The translations under genes and the position numbers were made by a program. A DNA stretch of 63,406 bases, the filler included, from Hausera hauseri (taxonomy: Eukaryota): assembly GCA_046269625.1 (NCBI GenBank). It is 11 parts of 11 records of this genome, joined end to end, with 100 filler letters (N's around TTAATTAATTAA, not from the genome) between each part and the next. Parts side by side here need not be neighbours in the genome. Positions count along the whole stretch, not along the records: positions 58,488 to 63,406 come from JBJURY010391701.1; 10 more parts are not named here. One strand, 5' to 3'. Below the pieces are notes generated by a model. It saw only the letters and a program-made list of their open reading frames with translations, was not told the origin of the DNA and made no database searches. How positions within the stretch are numbered: the stretch's first letter is position 1; each line of letters opens with the position of its first letter. Positions 62,401 through 63,406 of this stretch are shown piece after piece.

Positions 62401-63406
62401 AACTCAGGTTATAATCAATAATGTTACAATAAAATAATGTTTTCAGACTTAAAGGATAAATTTTATGACTTACAAATGGTGTCAAAATAATTCTAAAAAA
62501 TTCAAATCTCTGAGTGATTTCAATTTTATTTTTCCAGACGGGGAGCGTTGTAAAGTTCCACCTTACAAAAAAGAAAGGAAATAAAAATATATAAACAAAT
62601 ATTAAATTAATCAGTAAAATTTTTTCAATACTAGTAAGAAAATTCGAAAATCACAATATAAAATCACGGATTCGCCCAACATCAAAAACTTCTCAAAATT
62701 CCTACACGAAACAACATAAAAAATATAAATAAATTATATTCCATTTACATCTCATCGATGGATCCCGGAATGTTCTAAAATGTATTGGCTAAAATGAATG
62801 GCCATCTTCTACAACTTAACGATTGTTGTTGCTCACTGTCTACCTCCTGAATATTATTTGCTTTTACTCTAATTAATTCGCAGTTGTCGTACGACGTCCA
62901 GGAGACAAGTGAACCAATTTCGAAAAATATCTGATGTTACCGGAATATAATACAGCCTTTTGAAAATTGGCCATCATTTTATATGTCGAGTTCTAATTGT
63001 TGCTACGTTAGCTACATTATAAATCCTGAATCCTCAGTGGAAACTTGATAAAATCAGAAAACAATACGGACTGATAAAACTGGTAGATACAACTGTTGTG
63101 AGAAATCACTTTCAGGAGAACATGAGTTGTTTTAGCTGAAGGTATTATTCTATGGATACTTTTAATAATCGTTCACATTATCTGCAATGAAAAGATTCGT
63201 TTGTCAAGGCAAGTTACAAATATTATTTGTTGAAAGTTTTTCAGATGATTAATTTTACACAATAAGATTTTGACCAAACTTATTTCTCTGAGGAAAGTAC
63301 TTTGTCTGTCCATCAAATAGGATTCACAGCCATTTTATACAATGACTCTTGTCCTGTAGAGCAGACAGGATATATTTTTGCTTCATAATTTAAATAGCCC
63401 TCAGTT

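Noticed and set aside
61000-63406. Exon-like patches on the - strand (e.g. MSDRTRDEQLAAARKK, golgin-like start)
   Set aside because: Too short and interrupted to support a gene call.

Overview
This window is not one locus. It is 11 eukaryotic contigs joined by ten artificial 100-nt spacers (N44-TTAATTAATTAA-N44), so adjacency across a spacer means nothing. The contigs are dominated by mostly decayed viral and mobile elements. (1) Polinton/Maverick (adintovirus-like) pieces: integrase, pX-like core protein, A32 packaging ATPase, a TATA-binding-protein-like gene, dUTPase and a DEDD-like nuclease (contig 1); protein-primed PolB, RING and the same nuclease (contig 6); a PolB fragment (contig 10). 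(2) A fish-type endogenous retrovirus (env-PPT-LTR-PBS(Leu)-gag) with a hAT element and a Rex1 LINE (contig 5). (3) Pieces of a Ty3/Gypsy family in contigs 7, 8, 10 and 11; in contigs 7 and 8 Gag begins with a ubiquitin-like leader ending LRIRGG|M. (4) A chuvirus-like class III fusion glycoprotein placed directly upstream of a retropepsin (contig 9). (5) A complete hATm transposon with an exact 8-bp TSD (contig 3). Host-type genes include a Kelch exon, an intact M60/TCAF peptidase, a TRAF/MATH C-terminus and an IAP-type RING. Degraded fragments of dynein heavy chain, RELCH, a K-Cl cotransporter, a WNK-like kinase and tectonic are stitched next to Gypsy elements. The best novelty candidates are the Polinton-borne TBP-like gene, the Ubl-Gag fusion, the glycoprotein-before-protease retroelement and the PBS-linked mosaic of captured host genes. 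All protein assignments come from motif recognition by eye; no searches were run.
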